The position numbers and the translations under genes were made by a program. Below, in pieces: positions 1 to 12,677 of a stretch of DNA of 64,000 nt. Origin of the DNA: Octopus vulgaris (taxonomy: Eukaryota). Below the pieces are notes generated by a model. It ran no database searches, was not told the origin of the DNA, and was given only the letters and a program-made list of their open reading frames with translations. Position 1 is the stretch's first letter, and every line of letters starts with the position of its first letter. The stretch is taken from positions 29,946,001 through 30,010,000 of the forward strand of contig OX597831.1 of NCBI GenBank assembly GCA_951406725.2. The letters run 5' to 3'.

Positions 1-298
1 TATGCCGAAACGCTAAGTTGCGGGGACGTAAACACACCAGTATCTGTTGTCAAGCAATGTTGGGTTGGGACAAACACAGATGCACAAACATATACACACA
101 CATACGCACACACACACACACACAGATATATATATATATATATACGACGGGCTTCTTTCAGTTTCCGTCTACCAAATCCATTCACAAGGCATCGGTCAGT
201 CTTAAGGCTATAATAGAAGACACTTATCCAAGGTGCCATGCAGTGGGACTGAACCCGGAACCATGTGGTTCATAAGTAAGCTACTTACCACACAGCCA
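1..298 (-). mobile_element. tRNA-derived SINE, family A (CORE-like), cut by the window edge
   Basis: Reverse complement of the consensus TGGCTGTGTGG (A box)...GGTTCAGTCCC (B box)...ACCTTGGGCAAGTG..., internal (TA)n/(TG)n; more than 20 copies or fragments in the window. Confidence 0.85.
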
Positions 299-1253
299 TA
301 TATATATATATGAAGGATATTGTTGACAGTGACTTCAAAGTTTCAGCTAGCTAAGCTATCCGCTGGATGACGTTTTAGCTCAGAGCAAAAACAATGAAGC
401 CCTTGTCGGCAGCATTCTTGTAATAAGACTAATAAATTTGAACTCTTGAATAGTATATAGAGTGACTCATCAGATTAAATATAAAATTGCTTGTGTGTAT
501 GTGTGTGTGTGTGTGTGGTAATTTTCTGAAACATGGATAATTTGTTAATTAAAGCTTCTACCCATACATCTCAGAAGGTGTAAAGCATTTTTCTCTCTCT
601 TTTAAATAAACTCAAAGGTAGCCGGTCCTCACCGTGGTTGTTTACTATGCTAGAAATAGCAGTTATTAGGCATAAAAAAAACAGATCACTATTCTGATTT
701 CCTAATACGCCGCGAAGGGAAAAAATGTCTTTTGCAAAGTGACCAATAGATATAGATACACATACACACACACACACACACTTATTCTAAGCCATTGTAT
801 TAGAATCATATTAGGAGCCGAGATTAGTTGATAGAACACGAAAAAAAAAGAAAAACGTGGAAAATAAATACCTCTGAGATAAGAGGGAGGTGAATTCCGA
901 GGGCTCCCACCCACTCCGATTTCGGGGGAAAGAAGTCATTTGCGGTATATTAGGAGATGAGATCAGTTGAAAGCACATGAAAAAAGACAAACGAGGGGAA
1001 AACATTATTTCTCAGAAAATTTGTGTTGTGTGTTATAAAATTATAAAATTTAAACTGTTAAAAATATTTTGGCAAAAATCGGAAAGAAAGATCTCAAATT
1101 GATAAATTTCTTCAAGCAGCTTATCATTTGATTGATACCTTGTGTCGCTAAAGGGTAGAAATTATGAAGTATACGTCGCAGTATAGAATGTGGCCCTTTT
1201 GAGCGCGGGACCTGAATGAGAGCAATCGGTCCAAACGGCTTAAGGCCTGCCCT

Positions 1254-1337
<84 letters not shown>

Positions 1338-1976
1338 TTCAAATTACGATGAACGTAAACAAACAAACCAAGTTTGCTTTAGAAGCGTTCAGATGTCTTT
1401 GAAAGTTAAAGAAGTGATTTTAAATTCTCAAACGCAGGATAATGCTAATAATATAGCTTGAACAGGATAAGCTACCCCTATTTTGCAGAATATTATATAT
1501 ACATTATAAATATAGGGTGTCGTTTGAAAAAAATGTTAGCTGCTCTTTCTAGCAAACTAATGAATGAAAAGTATTGCAAACATTTTGAGCGAAGCGGACG
1601 CTGAGGTTTCAAGGGAGATAACCTTCAAATATAACTTTTCAAAGGGAAATTACTATCCATGATTATATCTAATAGTTATTTCCCTTGTAATCATTCTCTT
1701 TATTCTTTTATTTCCTTGTTATTTTGATTGCGGCCATGCTGTAGCACCCCTTGACTGTTTTCTTTTTTTTTAGTGCTAGCAGTCGACTCCAGGACTTATT
1801 CTTTCTGAGACTAGCACTTATTTGATCGGTCCTTTTACCGAACCGCTAAGTTACGGGGACGTAAACACCAACATCGGTTGTCAAGCAACGGTAGGGGGAC
1901 AAATGCAGACAGAAAGACACACACATACATAAATATATGTATACACACACACACAAACATACACACACATACACAT

Positions 1977-2013
<37 letters not shown>

Positions 2014-3291
2014 CGAGGGACGTTCAATAAGTAATGCCCCTGACCCATTTGCAGTTGTTTGATCTAGCTGAAATTTTGCATGTGCAATCATTTATATCTC
2101 TATAGATTAAGTGGCAAATTACAGCTCTGAACTAATTGTCGTTTCTGATTTACAGGTGTTTGAACTGAGTCAAGTGTGAAATGGAGCCTGTTGAGTGTCG
2201 AGCAGTGATCCGGTTTTTGTATTTGAAAGGACGCACACCATGGGAGACTTTTGATGAAATGAAAGTAACTTATGGTGATGATGCCCCATCATATGACCTT
2301 GTAAAACGCTGGCATCGTGAATTCAAACATGGTCGGAACTCTGTGGAAACAGCTCCCAGATCTGGTCGCCCCTTCTGTTATTGATGAGGCATCTGTCCGT
2401 CAAGTTGAGGCTGCCATTTTGGAAGATCGACGCATAATTATTCGCCAAATAGCCCATGAGGTCAAGAATAGTACCGGGTCTGTGGAAACTATCATTCATG
2501 ACCATTTGCATATGCAAAAGGTGTCTGCCAGATGGATTCCCAGGTTGCTCACGCCTTTCCAGAAGCAAGAACGCGTCGAGTGCTCGAGGATGAATTTGGA
2601 GATGTGACAAGAAGATGAGTCAAAATTTTTCAAAAGACTGATTACACAGGATGAAACCTAGGTCCATCACGATGATCCAGAGACCAAAGCCCAGTCAATG
2701 CAATGGAATCACCGTGACTCACCCCCTCCAAAGAAGGCAAGGGTGCAGCCCTCCGCTGGCAAGGTCATGCTCACAGTCTTCTGGGACCAGGACGGAGTAG
2801 TGATGACAGATTTCCTGGCAAAGGGTACCACAATTACAGGAGCCTATTATGCTTCACTTTTGAGGAAATTAAGAGAAGTTATCAAAATCAAGAGGCGGGG
2901 CAAGATCAGCAAAGGCATCCTCCTCCTGCAAGACAACGCTCCGGTCCACAACTCGCTTGTCGCCAGACGTATGGCTATGAACTCCTCCCCCATCCCCCCT
3001 ACTTTCCTGACCTTGCACCCTCTGATTTTCACCTCTTCCCAGCCATGAAGTTGTTTTTGAAAGGAAAGCGTTTCCCAGATGATGCAGCCTTGATTTCTGA
3101 AGTCACGTCGTGGTTGGAGGTCCAAGCTGGGGTCTTCTATGAAAACGGTCTCCAGAGCTGTATCAAACGATGGTAGAAATGCGTAACTCTGGGTGGTTCC
3201 TATGTAGAAAAAGACTAATAACTGTGCCAAGTTTCGTTGCTCTACTGCTATAGGAAGTGGGTCAGGGGCATTACTTATTGAACGTCCCTCG
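2014..3291 (+). mobile_element. Full-length mariner transposon (irritans/Hsmar2-like), transposase decayed
   Basis: Perfect 34-bp TIRs CGAGGGACGTTCAATAAGTAATGCCCCTGACCCA with TA on both sides; transposase motifs WIPRLL, ITQDET, QDNAPVH, DLAPSDF. Confidence 0.95.
2181..3218 (+). pseudogene. mariner transposase pseudogene (frameshifts and stops)
   Basis: ORF pieces 2181-2384, 2317-2607 and 2698-3048 are consecutive parts of one mariner transposase (MEPVECRAVIRFL..., HDHLHMQKVSARWIPRLL, AGKVMLTVFWDQDG). Confidence 0.9.
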
Positions 3292-3544
3292 TATATTTAT
3301 AAACGTTTTATTCTTCTATTTGTGAATTCTCTGTCTGGAACTTCTTCCTGCATGCCTCGTCTCTGATGACGGAGTACCAAGTGTAAGGGGTGTTGACCCA
3401 TTGCCTGGAATATCCCATAAACAGCTCTAAATATGTGTGCGTGTGTGTGTGTGTGTGTGTGTATACACACACACACTCATATATGTAGGCATGTATGTAT
3501 TATGTATGCATGTATGTATTATGTATGTATAAGAACCACTATAT

Positions 3545-3805
3545 TGAAGGGTTTTAATGAAACAAGTCGATCCCAGGACATAAACACACCAACACCGTTT
3601 GTCAAGCGGTGATGGAGGGATAAACAGAAACACAAAGTCATACGCATATATATATATATTCCACGGGCTTCTTTCAGTTTCCGCCTATCAAACCTGCTCA
3701 CAAAGCTTTGGTCGACCCGAGGCTATAATAGAAAAAGTTTCTCAAGGAGCCGTGCAGTGGGACTGAACCCGGAACCATGTGGTTGAAAAGCAATCTTCTT
3801 ACAAC
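3545..3805 (-). mobile_element. SINE family A copy, sister of the interrupted copy at 4744-5990
   Basis: Shares private substitutions and an internal deletion with the 4744-5990 copy, in opposite orientation. Confidence 0.8.
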
Positions 3806-4908
3806 GAACTAACAATGATGTAATTAAATTATACCATATAGAAAAAAATAGATATACAATAAAAACATATACATATATAATTAAGTAAAATAATAAATAA
3901 TAAATAAATAATATATAATATTATTTGCCGAACAATCAGGTCCAGCGCTCAAGAGGGCCACATTCTACACTGCGACATTTACTTAAAAAACAAAAAAAAA
4001 ACATACTTTCTACTCTTTAGCGACACCAGATATCAAATGATATTTTTTGCCAGAATCCTGTTTAAATTTATAATTTCACACACACTCAATTTCAGTGAGA
4101 AGTTTTTCTTTTTTCATGTACTTTCAACTCATCTCCAAATATACTGCATACACCAATAATTAAAAGTAAAGTAGGACAAGTAACACAAAGAACGACCCTT
4201 CATCAGTTATCGGCCGTCTGTTTGCCCCTCGTGTTTGCCCCGGTCTGTTTGCCCCTGTTTGCCCCTCGTACTTGTCCTGTTTTCCATTTGTTTCTCTCGT
4301 TGTTTGCGTATTGAACTCTCCCTCACTCCTCCTTTCTTGCTCACGTGGCTCCCACGTGACCATCGGCTATCTTTATTTCTTCTCCTAACTTGTGTTTCTT
4401 TCTTTCTCTCCGTTGTAGCTGAAACAGGGAAGACGTGTTCTTATCTGTCTCCTGCCAAAGCTTGATTTACGCGTTCGCCACCACAACCTCGTTCAGGCTT
4501 ACCAGCCCTTCCTGTTTGTTTTCACTGTCCTGTTTGTGTTACCAATTTTGACCCTCCTCAAAATCCCAAATTATATTTAGTTTGCTTTGCAGGATTGACT
4601 GTTTTATCGAAAGCGTATATTGTTAAACGCTCCAGCGTCCTATCAACAAAGAATCTGAGATGCTAAGAGAAAAATTTTCTAGGAAGGTAGCATATGCTGA
4701 CAACATATTAAGAAATTATACACAAATATATGTGTGTATACACAGGCGTGACTGTGTTGTAAGAAGATTGCTTTTCAACCACATGGTTCCGGGTTCAGTC
4801 CCACTGCATGGCTCCTTGGGCATCTTTTTCTACTATAGCCTCGGGTCGACCAAAGCTTTGTGGGCAGGTTTGGTAGGCGGAAACTGAAAGAAGCCCGTGG
4901 AATATATA

Positions 4909-5786
4909 CAGTCAACTCTCGCTACTATGCCACCCTGCGGGACTGAGCCAAGGTAGCATAGTACCGAGAGTGGCATAGTACCGAGGGTCTGTTATCTAAA
5001 CACTACATAACCAAAAATTTACTGAACATACGAATAAAAATTCATAGGGTAGGAAGTAAGGCCAATAAGAAGTTCAATGCAATGGTAAAAAGAAGACATC
5101 CAAGTTTATTAAGTTCAGATTGCTTTTAGTTAATCCCGAAGCTCTCAAAATTGTCGGCTGACGCATCTTCTTTCGGCGGATTTCATTCATTTCGTTGTCA
5201 AGCCTATTACACGCCTGCATGACGCTGGGTTTTCCGCTGCTCTGCTGCTGCATAAACTTTCGGATAGTGCTCCATGCTCTCTGGGCATCTGCAAACGAAA
5301 CGTATTCCTCTTCCACAATTACCTCGTCGTCTTCACTTTCCACCGGCTCCTCGTTATGCATTACCTCCTTTGCTATTTCTTCTAGAGTGAAACATGTCGG
5401 ACAATACAAGGGGCGGTAACTTGTATCAGATATTACTAATGATACGAGGGGCTCAACAATAACGTTTTTCGCGGCGTCGATAATCTCCTTCTTTTCCTTC
5501 AGCGTAAACTCTGAAAGAAGCCCGTGGAATATATACAGTCAACTCTCGCTACTATGCCACCCTGAGGGACTGAGCCAAAGTGGCATAGTACCGAGAGTGG
5601 CATAGTACCGAGGGTTTCTGAGCTGACATTGTGTGCTACTTTCTGAACTTTTCCACAAGATTACAAATACGAAATCTACAAAATGTAGGAGTACAAAATT
5701 TCGAAAAGTTGCGTGCGCTTCGGTTTACAAGTGGCATAGTAGCGAGAGTGGCATAGTAGCGAGGTGGCATAGTAGCGAGAGTTGAC

Positions 5787-5788
<2 letters not shown>
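4909..5788 (-). mobile_element. Internally deleted Tigger/pogo-type DNA transposon inserted into the (TA)n of a SINE
   Basis: 26-bp TIR CAGTCAACTCTCGCTACTATGCCACC with TA flanks; minus-strand remnants of the N-terminal HTH (EFTLKEKKEIIDAAK) and acidic C-terminus ending KKMRQPTIL (ORF 5074-5409). Confidence 0.85.
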
Positions 5789-5845
<57 letters not shown>

Positions 5846-6565
5846 ATGACTCTGTGTTTCTGTTTATCCCTCCATCACCGCTTGACAAACGGTGTTGGTG
5901 TGTTTATGTCCTGGGATCGACTTGTTTCATTAAAACCCTTCAAGGCAGTGCTCCAGCATGGCTGCAGTCAAATGACTGGAACAAGTAACTGAATTAAAAG
6001 ATTAAAAGAATATATATACATATGTATGTGTATATATATATATAGAGAGAGAGAGAGGGGGGGAGAGAGACAGACAGAGAGAGAGACAGAGAGAGCGAGA
6101 GACAGAGAGAGGGATATGCTTGTGTGTGTATGTATGTGTGGTGGGTTTTTTAAATAATATATGTATAGACTTTAAAAGCCACAAACTGCGGTTTTCCCAC
6201 GGGAATATTCATTTATAGATATATCGTGTTAAAAAACAATATGCCTCAGAGTCGGGCGAAACGAAATCGCTCTGGAAGTGACCGCGTGCGCAAAAGATAC
6301 GTATTTCGCTGTTCTTGCTGCTTCTCAATATTACGTACACGTATCACAGCCAAAACGAAATCGAATCAACCAGTCAGAAGTTGGCTCAGGCTGGGTTTTT
6401 TAAGCACATTAAGTTTATAAAAGGATTTTTACAGTCCTGGGGTCGACGTAATCAGCTTATGCTCTCTCCTCGAAAACTAGGCCTTGAACTCTGTAGGGGA
6501 CCACCGTCCCGAGGAGGGGTATGTTGTGATCTCGGTCATTTATACACCTTGGAAACCGAGAAACC

Positions 6566-6812
6566 GGTCCGTGTGGCTTAGTGGTTAGGGTCCCAGCACC
6601 ATGATCGTATGATTGTGGTTTCGATTCCTAGACAGGGCGACGCGTTGTGTTCTTGAGCAAAACACTTTATTTCACGTTGCTCCAATCCACTCTGCTGGCA
6701 AAAATAAGTAACGCTGCAATTGATTACCGTCCCGTCCAGCTGGGGAACACATACGCCATAAAAACCAGGAAACCGGGCCCATGAGCCTGGTTTTGCTTTA
6801 AAAGGGCGCATT
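6566..6812 (+). mobile_element. tRNA-derived SINE, family E
   Basis: TGGCTTAGTGG A box and GGTTTCGATTCC B box; related copies at 34475-34725, 47625-47860, 48082-48380 and 54160-54500. Confidence 0.8.
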
Positions 6813-6853
6813 CATTTATTTAAGTTCTGAGCTGAAGAGAAATATATGTGCGA

Positions 6854-6939
<86 letters not shown>

Positions 6940-7758
6940 TTGTGTGGGTGTGTGTGTATGTGTTTGTGTGTGTGTGTATGCGTACACATGCATACATTTA
7001 TAATATCTTATTAACACACAGATTTCTGCTATGTATATTATGAAATCGCGCCAAAACTGACACACATACACCCGCACGTACGGACGCACAGAGACAAACC
7101 TACATTTCTACACACACACACCACACTGTTGAAAATAAGCAGCACTTTAGCGACACCAGGTCCTTATACCAACATTCACACATCATATCAGCATTTTTAC
7201 TCACTGCTTGCTTTATAAAAAAGAAGGAAAGAAGGCAAAGAAGGAGGAGGGAGAAATAGAATAAAGTGTATTACCGCTGGTGGAGGCGCTTGGGTATATT
7301 ACCGCTGACGTGGGAGGAATTTCACGAAAACAGACTGGATGTTTGTTTGTATTGTGTTGTGTGTGTGTGTGTATGTAATGTGTCGGTGTGTACGAGTGTG
7401 CGTGTATATGTATGCATGTGTACGTGCGTGTAAGTGAAACTGGTGCTTCTAAAACCGTACAAATAAATAAATAAATACATACATACATGCACCCTAACGC
7501 ACGCGCACACACACGCATACACAGACTAACATATCTTATTTACATTTTTCTTTACATTCTTTTTAATTGTTATGTCATTTGATTGTGGGCCTTGCGGTCA
7601 CCGCCTTGTACAGAAAATAAGATGAGGAGCGAACGGGTTCAGTCTCACTGCGTGAACCCTTGGACAAACGTCATCTACCATAGCCTCGGGCCGATCAAAG
7701 CCTTGTGAATGGATTTGGTAGACGAAATCTGAAAGAAGCCCGTCGTATGTAATATATA

Positions 7759-7915
7759 TGTGGCTGTGTGGTAAGTAGCTTGTTTACCAACCAGATGGTT
7801 CCGGGTTCAGTCCCACTGCGTGGCACCTTGGGCAAGTGTCTTCTACTATATCCTCGGGCCTACCAAAGCCTTGTCAGTGGATTTGGTAGACGGAAACTGA
7901 AAGAAGCCCGTCGTA

Positions 7916-7993
<78 letters not shown>

Positions 7994-8583
7994 TGTCTGT
8001 GTTTGTGCCCCTAGCATTGCTTGACAACCGATGCTGGTGTGTTTATGTCCCCGTCACTTAGCGGTTCGGCACAAGAGACCGATAGAATAAGTACTGGGCT
8101 TACAAAGAATAAGTGCCGGGGTCGAGTTGCTCCATTAAAGGCGGTGCTCCAGCATGGCCGCAGTCAAATGACTGAAGTAAAAGAGTAAAAGAATGTGTGG
8201 TAAGTAGCTTGTTTACCAACCACATGGTTCCAGGTTCAGTCCCACTGCGTGGCACCTTGGGCAAGTGTCTTGTACTATAGCCTCGGGCTGACCAATGCCT
8301 TGTGAGTGGATTTGGTAGACGGAAACTGAAAGAAGCCTGTCGCATATATGTATATATATATATATATGTTTGTGTGTCTGTGTTTGTCCTCCTAGCATTG
8401 CTTGATAACCGATGCTGGTGTGTTTATGTCCCCGTCACTTAGAGGTTCGGCAAAAGAGACCGATAGAATAAGTACTGGGCTTACAAAAAAGAATAAGTCC
8501 CGGGGTCGAGTTGCTCGATTAAAGGCGGTGCTCCAGCATGGCCGCAGTCGAATGACTGAAACAAGTAAAAGAGTAAAAAGAGT
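7759..8583 (+). mobile_element. Two tandem family A SINEs
   Basis: Head-to-tail copies, each ending in a (GTAAAAGA)n tail. Confidence 0.85.
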
Positions 8584-8598
8584 ATATATATATATATA

Positions 8599-8975
8599 TC
8601 TCTATATAAACGGCAGTTTGTCTGTGTGTGTTTCTGTGTGTCTGTTTGCTTGTACCCTCACCCTGACCACAGCTTTCAACCGATTCTGATGAAACTTGAC
8701 ACACATAGCCCAATGTCATAATTCAAAACTAACGCAGCGAAAATTTTGAAAAGTTCCCCCAGTTCTGAAAAAAATCGATAAATTCGACATGGGGTCGAGA
8801 ATCAGAAACACGAACCACAAACTGTCTAGGGGACGCAACTCCACCTTTTTTAAATCTCAAAAAAAATTTACCATCATTTTTTTCCATTTTTTTGCTATTT
8901 TTTGGCTATAACTCTCTAAAAATACTTTATAGTTATTTCCCTTACAAACCTGAGCAACGCCGGGCGATACTGCTA

Positions 8976-8976
<1 letters not shown>
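8599..8976 (+). mobile_element. Non-autonomous Helitron (DINE/HINE-like)
   Basis: A|TC 5' end, (GTCT/GT)n-like microsatellite near the 5' end, subterminal hairpin CCTGAGCAACGCCGGG, CTAG|T 3' end, no TSD. Confidence 0.75.
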
Positions 8977-9039
<63 letters not shown>

Positions 9040-9840
9040 GTGTGCCTGTGTTTGTCCCCCACTACCATCGCTTGACAACCGATGTTGGTGTGTTTATGAC
9101 CCCGAAACATAGCGGTTCGGCCAAAAGCGTCCGACAGAATAAGTACTAGGCCTATAAAGAACAAGTCCTGGGGTCGATTTGTTCGACTAAAAGCGGTGCT
9201 CCAGCATGGCCGCAGTCAAAAATGACTGAAACCAGTAAAAGAGTAAGTGTGTAGTAATAGCCTAATTTATTATTTTAGTAACAAGAGTTGCATGTAGGTC
9301 ATGGCTCCTGGACACCTCTCTACCCTCAACTGTCACATTTTGTGCTTCTGTTAGAGTTCTAACCGTGACCCTTCTGAGTGATTTCGATGCCCGAGAGCCA
9401 AGGTACCTATTTCTTTATTACCCACAAGGGGCTAAACATAGAGGGGACAAACAAGGACAGACAAAGGTATTAAGTCGATTACACCGACCCCAGAGGGTAA
9501 CTGGTACTTAATTTATCGACCCTGAAAGGATGAAAGGCAAAGTCGACCTCGGTGGAATTTGAACTCAGAACGTAACGGCAGACGAAATACGGCTACGCAT
9601 TTCGCCGGGCGTGCTAACAGTTCTGCCAACTCGTAACCGCTTCAGTTTGAGACACCAGTTTGGGCGTAGGGAAAGTTTTGAAGAGTGGTTTTAACCAAAG
9701 GAGGTTTACTATCAAGTGCTTGGAGAGATTGATTTGTACCGTGCGAGGAAAGACGCTACTACCAGAAGACAGCGGCGGAAGCAGCGGTGGAGGCAACGGC
9801 GGCGGCGTGAGCGGTGACAAAGGAGGCAGTGGTGACAGGG

Positions 9841-9967
9841 GAAGAAGAAGAAGAAGAAGAAGAAGAAGAAGAAGAAGAAGAAGAAGAAGAAGAAGAGGAA
9901 GAGGAGGAGGAGAAGAAGAAGAAGAAGAAGAAGAAGGAGAAGAAGAAAAGGAGAAGGAGAAGAAGAA

Positions 9968-10013
<46 letters not shown>

Positions 10014-10231
10014 AGGAGAAGAAGAAGGATGAGGAGAAGAAGAAGAGAAGAAGAAGAAGAAGAGCACGTGGGTGGTTTTATGCTTAGTTTTATTTATAAA
10101 TTAACTGGAGACAGACAAAGAGAAACCCTAGAGAACGAGAGTGTCAGAGAGAGAGAGAGACAGACAGATAGACAGACACAGAGACAGACAGACAAGCAGA
10201 CAGAGGGGGAGAGAAAGAGAGAGAGAGATTC

Positions 10232-10268
<37 letters not shown>
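9841..10268. repeat. (GAA)n / (GA)n purine-rich microsatellite block
   Basis: Directly visible; explains the poly-R/E/K/S ORFs. Confidence 0.95.
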
Positions 10269-10270
<2 letters not shown>

Positions 10271-10407
10271 ATGTATGTAAGACGGTGCGCTTGTGCATAA
10301 AACTGAGTCAAACTATATTTTCACAAGCGATACTTGATGCGCATACTTTCTTCAAACACCTAAGCGTAGCCCGGCCAAATAATAAAAGCAACAGGAAAGC
10401 GAGAGAT

Positions 10408-10495
10408 CTAAGCTGTTTCGATCTTGTCGATCACGTCTGCCAACCAGTACATCTCCTCCGGCGTCGGACTGTATTGTATCCTTACGCAATCATCT
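10408..10495 (-). CDS. Putative terminal exon 4 of an orphan membrane-protein gene (RDDCVRIQYSPTPEEMYWLADVIDKIETA*)
   Basis: Acceptor cattag|A is phase-2 compatible with the upstream exon; open frame to TAG; non-repetitive sequence; the acceptor has a poor pyrimidine tract. Confidence 0.5.
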
Positions 10496-10905
10496 CTAAT
10501 GATTAGTCCGGGTATATATTTATTAGGGTCCAATTTCATTAGCTTCACCGGATCGAAACTGCAAAAGAAAAAAAAAATGAGAAATCCATTATTAGGCTTT
10601 CTTTGTATTTTTCAATTTTTTGAAAATAGACGTTATTATTGATTGGTTGAAATTGCCGAAATGCAAGAAATTAAACAACAAATAGCTTACAAACTACGGA
10701 ATTTTCTCAAGAAAACCAAGAGAAAAAGATGTTTTATGTAACACATTACCACACATTACCAGTATACGAAGTTTAAAAGTGTTTAGTTACGTGGAAATTA
10801 TTTTAAAAACCTGCCGGTCAAAGTGAAAAGATACTAGCTGGGAAAAGAATTACTATGGAAACGATAGGGGTATTTTTTTCTGTAGAGTCATCATTGAAGT
10901 GATAA

Positions 10906-11605
10906 CAGGTACTATTTAAGAAGAGTGGTCCCGGTGCGCGCACTCGCGTACTCGCGCATCCGCGCTAGCTAGTCGTGACTAGTCGATCCTACAACGACTA
11001 CTACCTAGCAAAGTAAATAAAACACAAAATAAATTTTTTTGGATCTTTTCGGTTTGAACGGCAGTTTTTTTCTAGCGGTGTCATATGAAATTGTCACCCA
11101 TAATTATGACCCTAGTATCGATCTATTGCATTTCAATCTGTTTTAGGGTTGGGGGGGGTATCTTTTTTTTCTTCACAAATGTAATTAAACCCAATCTGCT
11201 TCTTAAACGAGGGACATATTCATACGGCACAGAATGATTTTTACCTCAATTGACGTCATTGATTGGTTGAAATTGCAGAAATTGAAGAAAAAAAACAATA
11301 AATATCTTACAAACCATAGAATTTTCTCAATAAAGCCAAGAGAAAAAGATGTTTTATAAACACATTCTACCAGTATACGAAGTTTAAAATATTTTAGTTA
11401 CCTAGAAATTATGCTAAAAACTGCCGTTCAAACCGAAAAGATCCATTTTTTTACACAAAGTAAATATTTTTTTAAACAAAGTAAATATTTTTTTAAACAA
11501 AGTAAATAAAACGCAAAAACACAAAGTAATGATCGACTAATCACGACTAGATACACGAGTACGCGAGTGCGCGCACCGGGACTACTCTTCTTAAATAGTA
11601 CCGTG
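10906..11605. mobile_element. MITE with long TIRs (CAC-type end, possible 4-bp ATAA TSD; Chapaev/Transib-like)
   Basis: About 75-bp inverted termini GGTACTATTTAAGAAGAG...GCGCGCACTCGCGTACTCG; ATAA on both sides. Confidence 0.7.
11041..11444. mobile_element. Nested MITE, Merlin-like
   Basis: 29-bp TIR GGATCTTTTCGGTTTGAACGGCAGTTTTT with 8-bp TSD ATTTTTTT; GG termini plus 8-bp TSD fit the Merlin superfamily; related partial copy at about 10635-10833. Confidence 0.7.
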
Positions 11606-11677
11606 ATAATATAGTAAAGGGTGGTTCAAAAGTCTCCATACATAGGAAATTTTTTTTTTTATACGAGACAGTTTATA

Positions 11678-12092
11678 GGCGCAGGAGTGGCTGTGTGGTA
11701 AGTAGCTTGCTAACCAACCACATGGTTCCGGGTTCAGTCCCACTGCGTGGCATCTTGGGCAAGTGTCTTCTACTATAGCCTCGGGCCGACCAAAGCCTTG
11801 TGAGTGGATTTGGTAGACGGAAACTGAAAGAAGCCTGTCGTATATATGTATATGTATATAAGTGTGTGTGTATATGTTCGTGTGTCTGTGTTTGTCCCCC
11901 TAGCATTGCTTGACAATCGATGCTGGTGTGTTTACGTCCCCGTCACTTAGCGGTTCGGCAAAAAGAGACCGATAGAATGAGTACTGGGCTTACAAAGAAT
12001 AAGCCCCGGGGTCGATTTGCTCGACTAAAGGCGCTGCTCCAGCATGGCCGCAGTCAAATGACTGAAACAAGTAAAAGAGTAAAAGAGTAAAG
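11678..12092 (+). mobile_element. Full-length family A SINE
   Basis: GGCGCAGGAGTGGCTGTGTGG head through to (GTAAAAGA)n tail. Confidence 0.9.
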
Positions 12093-12285
12093 AGTTTATG
12101 AAGATCCCTTGATCTGACCCCTCTCGATTTCTGTCTTTGTGGGTATTTGAAAGGCATGGTGTATCGCAGAAAGATAAAAGACACAAATCATTTGAAGGAG
12201 CGCATCACCAGATGTGCCATTAAGAGTTCACAATGTATGGGGTAAACGTATTTGCAAAGTGTATTCAAAACAATGGTAACCATAT

Positions 12286-12677
12286 GATGGATGGAAGCAC
12301 TCCGTCGGTTACGACAACGAGAGTTCCGGTTGATCCGAATCAACGGAGCAGCCTGCTCGTGAAATTAACGTGTAAGTGGCTGAGCACTCCACAGACACGT
12401 GCACCCTTAACGTAGTTCTCGGGGATATTCAGCGCGACACAGAGAGTGACGAGGCCGGCCCCTTGAAATACAGGTACAACAGAAACAGGAAGTAAGAGTG
12501 AGAGAAAGTTGTGGTGAAAGAGTACAGCAGGGATCACCACCATCCCCTGCTAGAGCCTCGTGGAGCTTTTAGGTGTTTTCGCTCAATAAACACTCACAAC
12601 GCCCGGTCTGGGAATCGAAACCGCGATCCTATGACCGCGAGTCCGCTGCCCTAACCACTGGGCCATTGCGCCTCCAC
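12286..12677 (-). mobile_element. tRNA-derived SINE, family C, with 11-bp TSD
   Basis: TSD GGTAACCATAT at 12275-12285 and 12678-12688; A and B boxes on the minus strand; near-identical copy at about 16000-16385. Confidence 0.9.

Noticed and set aside
9660-10238. 192-aa Arg/Glu-rich ORF
   Set aside because: Translation of (GAA)n/(GA)n microsatellite; no splice or domain support
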